Origin: Macrostomum lignano
Lineage: Eukaryota
Assembly: GCA_002269645.1 (NCBI GenBank)
Contig: NIVC01002190.1
Span: 62,001-126,000 of the forward strand
Reading direction: 5' to 3'
DNA: 64,000 nucleotides
Below are positions 1 through 21,412 of the stretch, in pieces (position 1 is the stretch's first letter; each line of letters starts with the position of its first letter). A model generated the notes under the pieces. The model ran no database searches. It was given only the letters and a program-made list of their open reading frames with translations, and had not been told where the DNA came from. A program made the position numbers and the translations under genes.

Positions 1-2830
1 GTCACTGTCTCTGTCTAGTTCACTGTCTCTCTCTAGTTCACTATCTAGTTCACTGTCTCTCTCTAGTTCACTATCTAGTTCACTCTCTCTCTCTCTAGTT
101 CACTATCTAGTTCACTGTCTCTCTCTAGTTCACTGTCTCTCTAGTTTACTGTCTCTCTCGGGTTCACTGTCTCTGTCTAGTTCACTGTCTCTCTCTAGTT
201 CACTATCTAGTTCACTGTCTCTGTCTAGTTCACTATCTAGTTCACTGTCTCTCTCTAGATCACTATCTAGTTCACTGTCTCTCTCTAGTTCACTATCTAG
301 TTCACTGTCTCTCTCTAGTTCACTGTCTCTGTCTAGTTCACTATCTAGTTCACTGTCTCTCTCTACTTCACTATTTAGTTCACTGTCTCTCTCTAGTTCA
401 CTGTCTCTGTCTAGTTCACTATCTAGTTCACTGTCTCTGTCTAGTTCACTGTCTTTCTCTAGTTCACTATCTAGTTCACTGTCTCTCTCTAGTTCACTGT
501 CTCTCTCTAGTTCACTGTCTCTCTCTAGTTCACTATCTCTTTAGTTCACTGTCTGATTCTAGTTTACTGTCTCCCTCTAGTTCACTATCTCTTTAGTTCA
601 CTGTCTGATTCTAGTTTACTGTCTCCCTCTAGTTCACTGGCTCTCCCTAGTTCACTGTCTCTGTCTAGTTCACTATCTAGTTCACTGTCTCTGTCTAGTT
701 CACTGTCTCTCTTTAGTTCACTGTCTCTGTCTAGTTCACTGTCTCTGTCTAGTTCACTGTCTCTCTCTAGTTCACTGTCTCTCTCTAGTTCCCTATCTCT
801 TTAGTTCACTGTCTGATTCTAGTTTACTGTCTCCCTCTAGTTCACTGGCTCTCTCTAGTTCACTGTCATTGTCTAGTTCACTGTCTCTGTCTAGTTCACT
901 GTCTCTCTCTAGTTCACTGTCTCTCTCTAGTTCACTATCTCTTTAGTTCACTGTCTGATTCTAGTTTAATGTCTCCCTCTAGTTCACTGGCTCTCTCTAG
1001 TTCACTGTCTCTGTCTAGTTCACTATCTAGTTCACTGTCTCTGTCTAGTTCACTGTCTCTCTCTAGTTCACTGTCTCTGTCTAGTTCACTGTCTCTCTCT
1101 AGTTCACTGTCTCTCTCTAGTTCACTGTCTCTGTCTAGTTCACTGTCTCTGTCTAGTTCACTGTCTCTCTCTAGTTCACTGTCTCTCTCTAGTTCACTAT
1201 CTCTTTAGTTCACTGTCTGATTCTAGTTTACTGTCTCCCTCTAGTTCACTGGCCCTCTCTAGTTCACTATCTCTTTAGTTCACTGTCTGATTCTAGTTTA
1301 CTGTCTCCCTCTAGTTCACTGTCTCTCTCTCTAGTTCACTATCTAGTTCACTGTCTCTGTTTAGTTCACTGGCTCTCTCTAGTTCACTGTCTCTGTCTAG
1401 TTCACTGTCTCTCTCTAGTTCACTATCTAGTTCACAGTCTCTCTCTAGTTCACTATCTAGTTCACTGTCTCTCTCTAGTTCACTATCTAGTTCACTGTCT
1501 CTCTCTAGTTCACTATCTAGTTCACTGTCTCTATCTAGTTCACTGTCTCTCTCTAGTTCACTATCTAGTTCACTGTCTCTCTCTTGTTCACTGTCTCTGT
1601 CTAGTTCACTATCTAGTTCACTCTCTCTGTCTAGTTCACTGTCTCTCTCTAGTTCACTGTCTCTGTCTAGTTCACTGTCTCTGTCTAGTTCACTGTCTCT
1701 CTTTAGTTCACTGTCTCTCTCTAGTTCACTGTCTCTGTCTAGTTCACTGTCTCTGTCTAGTTCACTGTCTCTCTCTAGTTCACTGTCTCTCTCTAGTTCA
1801 CTATCTCTTTAGTTCACTGTCTGATTCTAGTTTACTGTCTCCCTCTAGTTCACTGGCTCTCTCTAGTTCACTATCTCTTTAGTTCACTGTCTGATTCTAG
1901 TTTACTGTCTCCCTCTAGTTCACTGGCTCTCTCTAGTTCACTGTCTCTCTCTCTAGTTCACTATCTAGTTCACTGTCTCTGTCTAGTTCACTGGCTCTCT
2001 CTAGTTCACTGTCTCTGTCTAGTTCACTGTCTCTCTCTAGTTCACTATCTAGTTCACTGTCTCTCTCTAGTTCACTATCTAGTTCACTGTCTCTCTCTAG
2101 TTCACTATCTAGTTCACTGTCTCTCTCTAGTTCACTATCTAGTTCACTGTCTCTCTCTAGTTCACTGTCTCTCTAGTTTACTGTCTCTCTCGGGTTCACT
2201 GTCTCTGTCTAGTTCACTGTCTCTCTCTAGTTCACTATCTAGTTCACTGTCTCTGTCTAGTTCACTATCTAGTTCACTGTCTCTCTCTAGTTCACTATCT
2301 AGTTCACTGTCTCTGTCTAGTTCACTGTCTCTCTCTAGTTCACTATCTAGTTCACTGTCTCTCTCTAGTTCACTATCTAGTTCACTGTCTCTCTCTAGTT
2401 CACTATCTAGTTCACTGTCTCTCTCTAGTTCACTATCTAGTTCACTGTCTCTCTCTAGTTCACTATCTAGTTCACTGTCTCTCTCTAGTTCACTGTCTCT
2501 CTCTAGTTCACTGTCTCTGTCTAGTTCACTATCTAGTTCACTGTCTCTGTCTAGTTCACTGTCTCTGTCTAGTTCACTGTCTCTGTCTAGTTCACTGGCT
2601 CTCTCTAGTTCACTGTTTCTTTAGTTCACTGTCTCTTTAGTTCACTGTCTAATTCTAGTTCACTTTCTCTCTCTAGTTCACTGTCTCTCTCTAGTTCACT
2701 ATCTCCCTCTAATTCACTGTCTCTCTCTAGTTCACTGTCTCTCTCTAGTTCACTGTCTCTCTCTCTAGTTAACTGTCTCTCTCTAGTTCACTGTCTCTTT
2801 AGTTCACTGTCTGATTCTAGTTCACTCTAC
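1..2830. repeat. Minisatellite, 18-bp unit CTAGTTCACTGTCTCTCT mixed with 12-bp CTAGTTCACTAT, with higher-order blocks; runs off the window start
   Basis: Directly visible tandem units; the S/L-only ORF 969-1208 is a by-product. Confidence 0.97.
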
Positions 2831-3767
2831 CTCTCCTCTGTCATTTATTATTTTAAATATTAAAAGTTTAAAGTTTAAACCTAAATATTTTCTAGAATTA
2901 ATATTTTCTATAAACTGCAACAGAAATCCAGGGCAGCCCTTGCCCATGGTAGCGCCCCAACAAAAACTGGCCTGGGTGACAGGAGCTCAAACATTTTTCT
3001 TATTCTCTGGTAGCTATGGCAGGCAGACAGCCCTGGACAAGTTGCACTGGATAAATAAGAATACAGTTATATAAAAAAGATGCACTCAGCCAAAAACAGA
3101 AACCATAACAATGGCTTCTGCTCGTAGCGATGAGTAGCGAACGCTGGGTCAGCTGCTTTTAATGTTGATGGAGCGGCGCCTAGAAACAGACGTGCCGCTC
3201 CGCCGGTTGAGAGCTCAGCTCAAGTGTAGGTAAAATTCGAGCGCAGGCCAGTGCGCTGAGAAATTCGAAGAGCACTCCTCCCTGCCGAGATGCTATCGCT
3301 GACTCATCGAGGCCAGAGAGAGAGAGAGAGAGAGAAAACTGAGACTGCGAGATCGGCGCAGAGTTTCTGGCCTGGGAGTGAGAGTAAGGCGGGGCCGGGG
3401 CCACCGCGCCTGCGGCTGGGGCCACTACGGCGATAAGGAAGAGATAGGCGGGCCCAGAGTGGCTCCGGTCTCACTGTTGTCTTTCTCAAGCAAGCAGGCC
3501 TTACTGAATTTTTCAACTACAATTATAGTAAACTAAAATGCTCTAAGCTGGGTTTTTTTCTATCGGTTTAGGCAAAAGTGCTGCTTTGTAAAAAGGCAAG
3601 CTGACACTGAGCCAAAGGCGTCGAATATAGTACATTAACAGTTGTTAGCTCGCTGTCAACAGCCTAAAACTGTTCTGCTTTCGACAATCCTGCAGCTTCT
3701 CTCAGCCAAGAATATATGGCCATCTTTTCAATCATATTCACCTCGGCTCAAGACTGCAGCTCAAAGC

Positions 3768-4950
3768 CCCATTCACCCCAGCCCCATTCACCATGGCTCC
3801 ATTCACCATGGCTCCATTCACCCCAGCCCCATTCACCATGGCTCCATTCACCATGGCTCCATTCACCCCAGCCCCATTCACCATGGCTCCATTCACCATG
3901 GCTCCATTCACCCAGCCCCATTCACCATGGCTCCATTCACCCCAGCTCCATTCACCATGGCCCCATTCACCCCAGCCCCATTCACCCCAGCCCCATTCAC
4001 CCAGCCCCATTCACCCCAGCCCCATTCACCCCAGCCCCATTCACCCCAGCCCCATTCACCCCAGCCCCATTCACCCCAGCCCCATTCACCCCAGCCCTAT
4101 TCACCATGGCTCCATTCACCCCAGCCCCATTCACCCCAGCCCCATTCACCCCAGCCCCATTCACCCCAGCCCCATTCACCATGGCTCCATTCACCCCAGC
4201 CCCATTCAGCCCAGCCCCATTCACTCCAGCCCCATTCACCCCAGCCCCATTCACCCCAGCCCCATTCACCCCAGCCCCATTCACTTCAGCCCCATTCACC
4301 ATGGCTCCATTCACCCCAGCTCCATTCACCATGGCTCCATTCACCATGGCTCCATTCACCATGGCTCCATTCACCATGGCTCCATTCACCATGGCTCCAT
4401 TCACCATGGCTCCATTCACCATGGCTCCATTCACCATGGCTCCATTCACCATGGCTCCATTCACCATGGCTCCATTCACCATGGCTCCATTCACTATGGC
4501 TCCATTCACCATGGCTCCATTCACCATGGCTCCATTCACCATGGCTCCATTCACCATGGCTCCATTCACCATGGCTCCATTCACCATGGCTCCATTCACC
4601 ATGGCTCCATTCACCATGGCTCCATTCACCATGGCTCCATTCACCATGGCTCCATTCACCATGGCTCCATTCACCATGGCTCCATTCACCATGGCTCCAT
4701 TCACCATGGCTCCATTCACCATGGCTCCATTCACTTCAGCCCCATTCACCATGGCTCCATTCACCCCAGCTCCATTCACCATGGCCCCATTCACCCCAGC
4801 CCCATTCACCCAGCCCCATTCACCCAGCCCCATTCACCCCAGCCCCATTCACCCAGCCCCATTCACCCCAGCCCCATTCACCCCAGCCCCATTCACCTCA
4901 GCCCCATTCACCCCAGCCCCATTCACCCCAGCCCCATTCACCCCAGCCCC
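3768..4950. repeat. 15-bp minisatellite (CCATTCACCATGGCT / CCATTCACCCCAGCC) filling the intron after semaphorin exon 5
   Basis: Tandem units; begins immediately at the minus-strand donor GTGAGC (4956-4951). Confidence 0.96.
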
Positions 4951-4956
4951 GCTCAC

Positions 4957-11576
<6,620 letters not shown>

Positions 11577-14145
11577 TTTCTTTTAGCAGGGTTTTTATTT
11601 ATTTATGAATCTATCGGCCTCCAGTTAATGGTGGCTCAAGCAGCTTTTGTTTTTGTGAATGTTTGCTGCAAAGCTTGCAAAAATTCATCTTCATTTTATT
11701 AGTAAAGTAATTCTAAAGAATGCTTTTATATTTTCGGATGCATAAAAATAGAAAAGTATTATTAAAATATGTATTTTTTGAAACTTTTAATAGGTCTAAA
11801 AGGAACAAATATGGCTACATACATTAGCCCTAAAATATAGTCTAATTAGTTTGCAGTTAAAATATATAACAGAACTATTTATTAAGATTAATTTGATTTA
11901 AAATAAGCTAAAAATCTAATTAAAATTATTGATATGCTAGATTGCAAAAATATTTTTGTTATGCTCGACTAAAATTGCATTTTTGGCATGCCACTTAGTT
12001 TGTACAACCAAAATTAAATATAAAGTCTATTGAATATGTCTCTGCTGCAACTTAGATCTGAAAATTTAAAAGAATATAATTTAGAAATAAAATACACTAA
12101 TAGTAAGAGTCGATCAATAAGAACTCCAAATAGTTTTTAGTTTTTACAATGGATACTCATATTTATAATGTTTGCCTTATCAAAACTGGATTATAATTTC
12201 ACAAGTAACTGTATCATAGCTGCCTACAAACATAATAGCATTAAAATAAATAATATAATGGTGAAATTTACTATGGATGTACCTAAAACATTACCGAGTA
12301 CAGCGATTAACCAGAGTTAAGATGCTTTCTTGGCCTTGTGTTCAGCAATCACGAGCACTTTCAAAAGCATGGCTTGCTAGTTCGGTAAAATTGAAATGTG
12401 AATTTTATAGCCAGTAGACACCGTGCAAGAAAGTAATTTTTGGACTTTTTAGTTAGTATCTGATAATCTGAGTTTTTATTCTTTCGAAAAATCGGTAGCA
12501 TTTGATAAATAGATCAGCCAACAGAACTAACTTTAACGAGAAGTTGTTATACCATTTATGTGCAACGCGTATTTTCTCGGCTTTTGACACAAAACATGCA
12601 AGAGAGTCTAAATTCTTAGAAACAGATCATAATGTCTGATCTTCCCTGATAAAAAAGACAGATAATATTCTGCAAACAAGAAAAGTGCTCATTTTTTTAG
12701 ACATGGAGTGCGTAAGTAAAGTTGCATAATGCATACTCCCGGCGTGGTACTGCTGAAGATCGAACTGCCGAATCTGCATTTGAACCTACGATTCCGATGA
12801 ATGTGGTGAATTCCGTCTGGACCAAAGCAACAAAAAAACAGTTGGGCTCTTGTGTGGCATTTGTGTAGCCAATGATTATCTCAATTGGGCCATCTCATCA
12901 TTCTTCGATTTTCTTCATGATTTGATACGTACGACTGGTGATGCTGCTACTGCTACTGGGTCTGTTACATGTGATGCTGAGCTCGGGCCAACTGGTACTG
13001 CAACTTCTTAACTGTCTTCTCGCTGGCTGAATATTCTTTTCTGCTGTTGTTTTAACTAATTAGAGTGATTAATAAAATCGCAGTTGCAGCGCGCTCGATC
13101 GGTTTGCATGAGCTCTAGCTAATTTCCGTAGCCAGCCTGGCCCGCTTCAAGTAGCTGCTAGCGGTGGTGGTAGCACAGTTGCAGTGGCGAGGGACATTCC
13201 TCGACGACCCATCTTAGCAGTACTGGCGGATACAGCTTGTCAGTCCCTGCATCACAATACTTCGTACATGTATAACCACCAGCTTGGTTTCACAGATTAC
13301 TGTACATGTATAGTTGTAGTGACGCAATTGCAACTTTGTCTGGAACCGCATTCCACAGCAAACGCATGGATATAGTTAGGGCTAGTAAGGGCTAAGTAGT
13401 GTTATAATTAAGCTGGATCTATTGAATGTGCACTACATATTCATAATTTTGAAATAGGTCGCCGAAATTGCTGGGCTGGGCTCGGAATTACCCTGGCAGA
13501 ATAATTTGGAACCTGTTCTGTTCTGCTATGGCCCGACCAAGAAGCACCTGCTGGTCGTCGCGAAGGACAAAAATCGGCTCCTACTGAAGAAGCAGACCTA
13601 GCCGAATCAGGTGCCACCTGGTGAATCTGCCATTTGGCCATCGAAAGATCAACTTTGAATCGAGAACTGCTAGGAACTGACTCGAGTTTAAGTTTTCCAG
13701 GCCAGATGCTGCATTGCATATTCTGTTACTTTTCCAACGTTTCCCTTTAATTCCCTTTGCATGAGGAGTTTGGCCTCTCGATAAACGTTTTCTTTCTAAG
13801 TTTAAATTCACACCTGTTTCGATACCCCCCTGCTTCTTCACCCCTTTTCTGGACATCAGGGTTTTGCCAAAAGAAAAAAATGGTTTGATTCTGGTTGGTT
13901 TGTTTGTCTATTTGAAGATTAAAATATGCAAACAATTTCTCAGCAAAACTTCAAGTCTAAGTGCCCAGTTATATATTGTCACACTGTATTAAATAAGTGC
14001 GCAAGCAGTTTCAATGCATTGATATTGCATAATTAAACGTCAAAAATAAACATTCACAATTCAGACAGAATGCTTTTGACAGAAATTTCAAAAGCAAAAA
14101 TATGAAACCATATTAAATAATTTTCTATGGCAAGCAGACTAAACT

Positions 14146-17639
<3,494 letters not shown>

Positions 17640-17729
17640 CTGCCGAGTGTGGGGACAGGGGTTCGAATTTTGGGATATTTATCAACTACCCTGCGCTTTA
17701 AGAGGCCAGTTTTCAGAAGTGACCTTTGG

Positions 17730-18612
17730 TTCAGGGAGGCTGGTTGAAGGGTTCAGGGAGTCTATTAGAAGGGTTCAGGGAGTCTGTTTGAAGGGTTCAG
17801 GGAGTGTATTAGAAGGGTTCAGGGAGACTGGTTGAAGGGTTCAGGGAGTCTATTAGAAGGGTTCAGGGAGTCTGTTTGAAGGGTTCAGGGAGTGTATTAG
17901 AAGGGTTCAGGGAGTCTGTTTGAAGGGTTCAGGGAGTGTATTAGAAGGGTTCAGGGAGACTGGTTGAAGGGTTCAGGGAGTCTATTAGAAGGGTTCAGGG
18001 AGTCTGTTTGAAGGGTTCAGGGAGTCTATTAGAAGGGTTCAGGGAGTCTGTTTGAAGGGTTCAGGGAGTCTATTAGAAGGGTTCAGGGAGACTGGTTGAA
18101 GGGTTCAGGGAGTGTATTAGAAGGGTTCAGGGAGACTGGTTGAAGGGTTCAGGGAGTCTATTTGAAGGGTTCAGGGAGGCTGGTTGAAGGGTTCAGGGAG
18201 TCTGTTTGAAGGGTTCAGGGAGTCTATTAGAAGGGTTCAGGGAGTCTATTAGAAGGGTTCAGGGAGACTGGTTGAAGGGTTCAGGGAGTCTATTAGAAGG
18301 GTTCAGGGAGTCTGTTTGAAGGGTTCAGGGAGTCTGTTTGAAGGGTTCAGGGACGCTGTTTGAAGGGTTCAGGGAGGCTGGTTGAAGGGTTCAGGGAGTC
18401 TATTAGAAGGGTTCAGGGAGTCTGTTTGAAGGGTTCAGGGAGTCTATTAGAAGGGTTCAGGGAGTCTGTTTGAAGGGTTCAGGGAGTCTATTAGAAGGGT
18501 TCAGGGAGACTGGTTGAAGGGTTCAGGGAGTGTATTAGAAGGGTTCAGGGAGACTGGTTGAAGGGTTCAGGGAGTCTATTTGAAGGGTTCAGGGAGGCTG
18601 GTTGAAGGGTTC
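17730..18612. repeat. 22-bp minisatellite GAAGGGTTCAGGGAGTCTATTA and variants
   Basis: Tandem units with an internal block duplication. Confidence 0.96.
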
Positions 18613-19284
18613 AAAGGAGTCAATTCCAAGAATCAATTAGTCTTCTTTAGGAGCAGGATTTGGCTTTTACGAGCGTAAAGGCACAAATCTCTGAGCTATT
18701 TTGGCCAGAGTCAAAATTACTATGCTTGATGGATTACTTTTTACAGGCAAGTTTGGTAGGCTGTCATTCAATCGCAGATGGTCTCAGATGCTGCTGATAA
18801 CTCATTACTCCCCCCACTTTCCCAGCCATTATAATCAGTATTGATTCTTGGTAAACACGTATTATTGCACTGAAGTGCCTGACGCTTGCACAGTTGCCAT
18901 GTCAACCAAATATATTGTCTCGGATGCACTTCTACCTTGTAAAAATAACCTTCCCAGACTGGGTCAGGGGGGTGTCTGGACTGCCCTCTGCCTGACAGAG
19001 CGCCAGACCCATCAATTATGAGCAATTATTTGTGCATGATAAATTCTAATTAATAAGGCTGCTCCACTTGACAGCCCGAGAAGGACGAGCCCCTCTGAGC
19101 ACTTGGTATGACAACATATTGTTCACGATTTCAGATCCTGACTAGAACATACATGTACAGTAGATTCGAGATTGCTGACATCAAAGATCTCAGGTACGAT
19201 TTATGGCGGAACAGAATCTAAGTATTCATAGCTAAGGTTGGTCAGAAAAGAACAGCATCGGGCGGATTCAGGTTTTTGAGTTTT

Positions 19285-19930
19285 GAGTCAGGACAGAGCA
19301 GACCCAGGTGAGATTTGAGTCAGGACAGAGCAGACCCAGGTGAGATTTGAGTCAGGACAGAGCAGACCCAGGTGAAATTTGAGTCAGGACTGAGCAGACC
19401 CAGGTGAGATTTGAGTCAGGCAGACCAAGGTGAAATTTGTGTCAGGACTGAGCAGACCCAGGTGAGATTAGAGTCAGGACAGAACAGACCCAGGTGAGAT
19501 TTGAGTCAGGACAGAGCAGACCCAGGTGAGATTTGAGTCAGGACAGAGCAGACCCAGGTGAGATTTGAGTCAGGACAGAGCAGACCCAAGTGAGATTTGA
19601 ATCAGGACAGAGCAGACCCAGGTGAGATTAGAGTCAGGACAGAGCACACTAAGGTAAGATTTGAGTCAGGACAGAGCAGACCCAGGTGAAATTTGAGTCA
19701 GGACTGAGCGGACCCAGGTGAGATTTGAGTCAGGCAGACCAAGGTGAAATTTGTGTCAGGACTGAGCAGACCCAGGTGAGATTTGAGTCAGGACAGAACA
19801 GACCCAGGTGAGATTTGAGTCAGGACAGAGCAGACCCAGGTAAGATTTGAGTCAGGACAGAGCAGACCCAGGTGAGATTTAAGTCAGGCAGACCTAGTTG
19901 AAATTTGAGTCAGGACAGAGCAGACCCAGG
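19285..19930. repeat. 32-bp minisatellite GAGTCAGGACAGAGCAGACCCAGGTGAGATTT
   Basis: Tandem units. Confidence 0.96.
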
Positions 19931-20002
19931 TATATACAATAACACACTGCACTATAAAAGTACACACCTAATCAACAGAAGGTGTAAATAGTACAGGCTT
20001 AC

Positions 20003-20387
20003 CAAGCATTTGTCGGAGGCATTTAATGAGCTGATTGAGTCGAGTTAGTAGTGCAGATTGAATTCAGAATCAGTTCAAAGAGAACAGAGAAATGGCAGTC
20101 AGAATAAACACGAGAGTTTTAAGCCATATTTATATAGAGCAGCTTACCGCCCGCCCGCCCAGCAGCCAATTAGAAGCTGGCCCAGAAGGGTTTGCTCGTA
20201 AATGCAATTGCTTAAGGAGTGCACTATAGTTAAATAGCTGGCCCTGAGCGAGGAGGCAAACCTGTGCTGAGCCACTGCAGCTGGAGCTGATGCGAAGAGT
20301 TTACTGAAGTGCTGAACATGAGAAGTCTCGATGCAGGAACCCAGGAGCAGGTTGTAGGCATTCTCACACACCTTGATGCAGTATGCA
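20003..20387 (-). CDS. Candidate exons 20387-20148 (240 nt) and 20030-20003 (28-nt microexon); possible K2P N-terminal extension or a separate gene
   Basis: Open frame with many C/G-ending codons, CAG acceptors, two GTAAGC donors, TACTAAC branch point at 20050-20044; no recognised domain. Confidence 0.4.
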
Positions 20388-20497
20388 CTGCAGGACGTTC
20401 AGCAACCCCCCCCCCACCTAAATAGCCAGCTGCTTCCGTGGCAAAATGGCATAAGTTTTTTTGGCGGTTGACTTCTTTCAAAAAATCGTTTTTGAGA

Positions 20498-21181
20498 CGA
20501 TTCTCCAGGTGGATTTGAAGCAATTCTCCAATAGTATTGGGACGATTCTCCAGGTGGATTTGAAGCAATTCTCCAATAGTATTGGGACGATTCTCCAGGT
20601 GGATTTGAAGCAATTCTCCAATAGTATTGGGACGATTCTCCAGGTGATTTTGGGGCGATTCTCTAAGTGGATGTGGGGCGATTCTCCACGTGATTTTGGG
20701 GCGATTTTCCTAGTGGATTTGGCAATTCTCCACGTGATTTTGGGGCGATTTTCCTAGTGGATTTGGGGCAACTCTCCACGTGATTTTGGGGCGATTTTCC
20801 TAGTGGATTTGGGGTGATTCTCTAGGTCATTTTGGGGCGATTCTCCAGGTGGCATTCGGGACGATTCTCCAAGTGGTTTCGGGGCGATTCTCGAGGTGGA
20901 TTTGGGGCGATTATCCAGGTAGATTTGGGGCGATTCTCCAGATGGATTTGGGGCGATTCTCCAAGTGGTTTCGGGACGATTCTCCAGGTGGATTTGGGGC
21001 GATTCTCCAAGTGGATTTGGGTCAATTCTCCAGGTGGATTTGGGACGATTCTCTAGGTGGATTTGGGGCGATTCTCCAAGTGGTTTCGGGACGATTCTCC
21101 AGGTGGATTTGGGGCGATTCTCCAGGTGGATTTGGGGCGATTCTCCAGGTGGATTTGGGGCGATTCTACAGGTGGATTTGG
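20498..21181. repeat. 23-bp minisatellite GGTGGATTTGGGGCGATTCTCCA; continues at 26461-26530 beyond the copia insertion
   Basis: Tandem units split by the LTR element. Confidence 0.95.
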
Positions 21182-21412
21182 TGTTGAAATTTGCTTCTTT
21201 TAATTCAGTATATTTTATCAGTTTGAACAAAAAGAAAAACACAAGATATAAAGTACTAAAAGTACGAGCTATATACTATAAACAACACTCCCACTTAATT
21301 GTCAGAAACTTATCATTGGAAGATTTAAGTTAATCGCGGTAGATTACTCAGTAGTCTCTGATATTAAAAATGGATGACAATGACATTAGTTACTTCAGTT
21401 ACTCCAGTTACT

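Noticed and set aside
2929-3035. Short CAGGGC...GCCCTG inverted ends suggesting a hAT MITE
   Set aside because: No 8-bp TSD and the arms are too short
19285-19930. CRISPR-like appearance of the 23-46-bp repeats
   Set aside because: Units are directly adjacent with no unique spacers, no cas genes, eukaryotic context
19135-20045. Plus-strand exon-like pair reading ILTRTYMYSRFEIADIKDLR|LTKHLSEAFNELIES
   Set aside because: No start, no continuation and no motif; overlaps the better-supported minus-strand microexon
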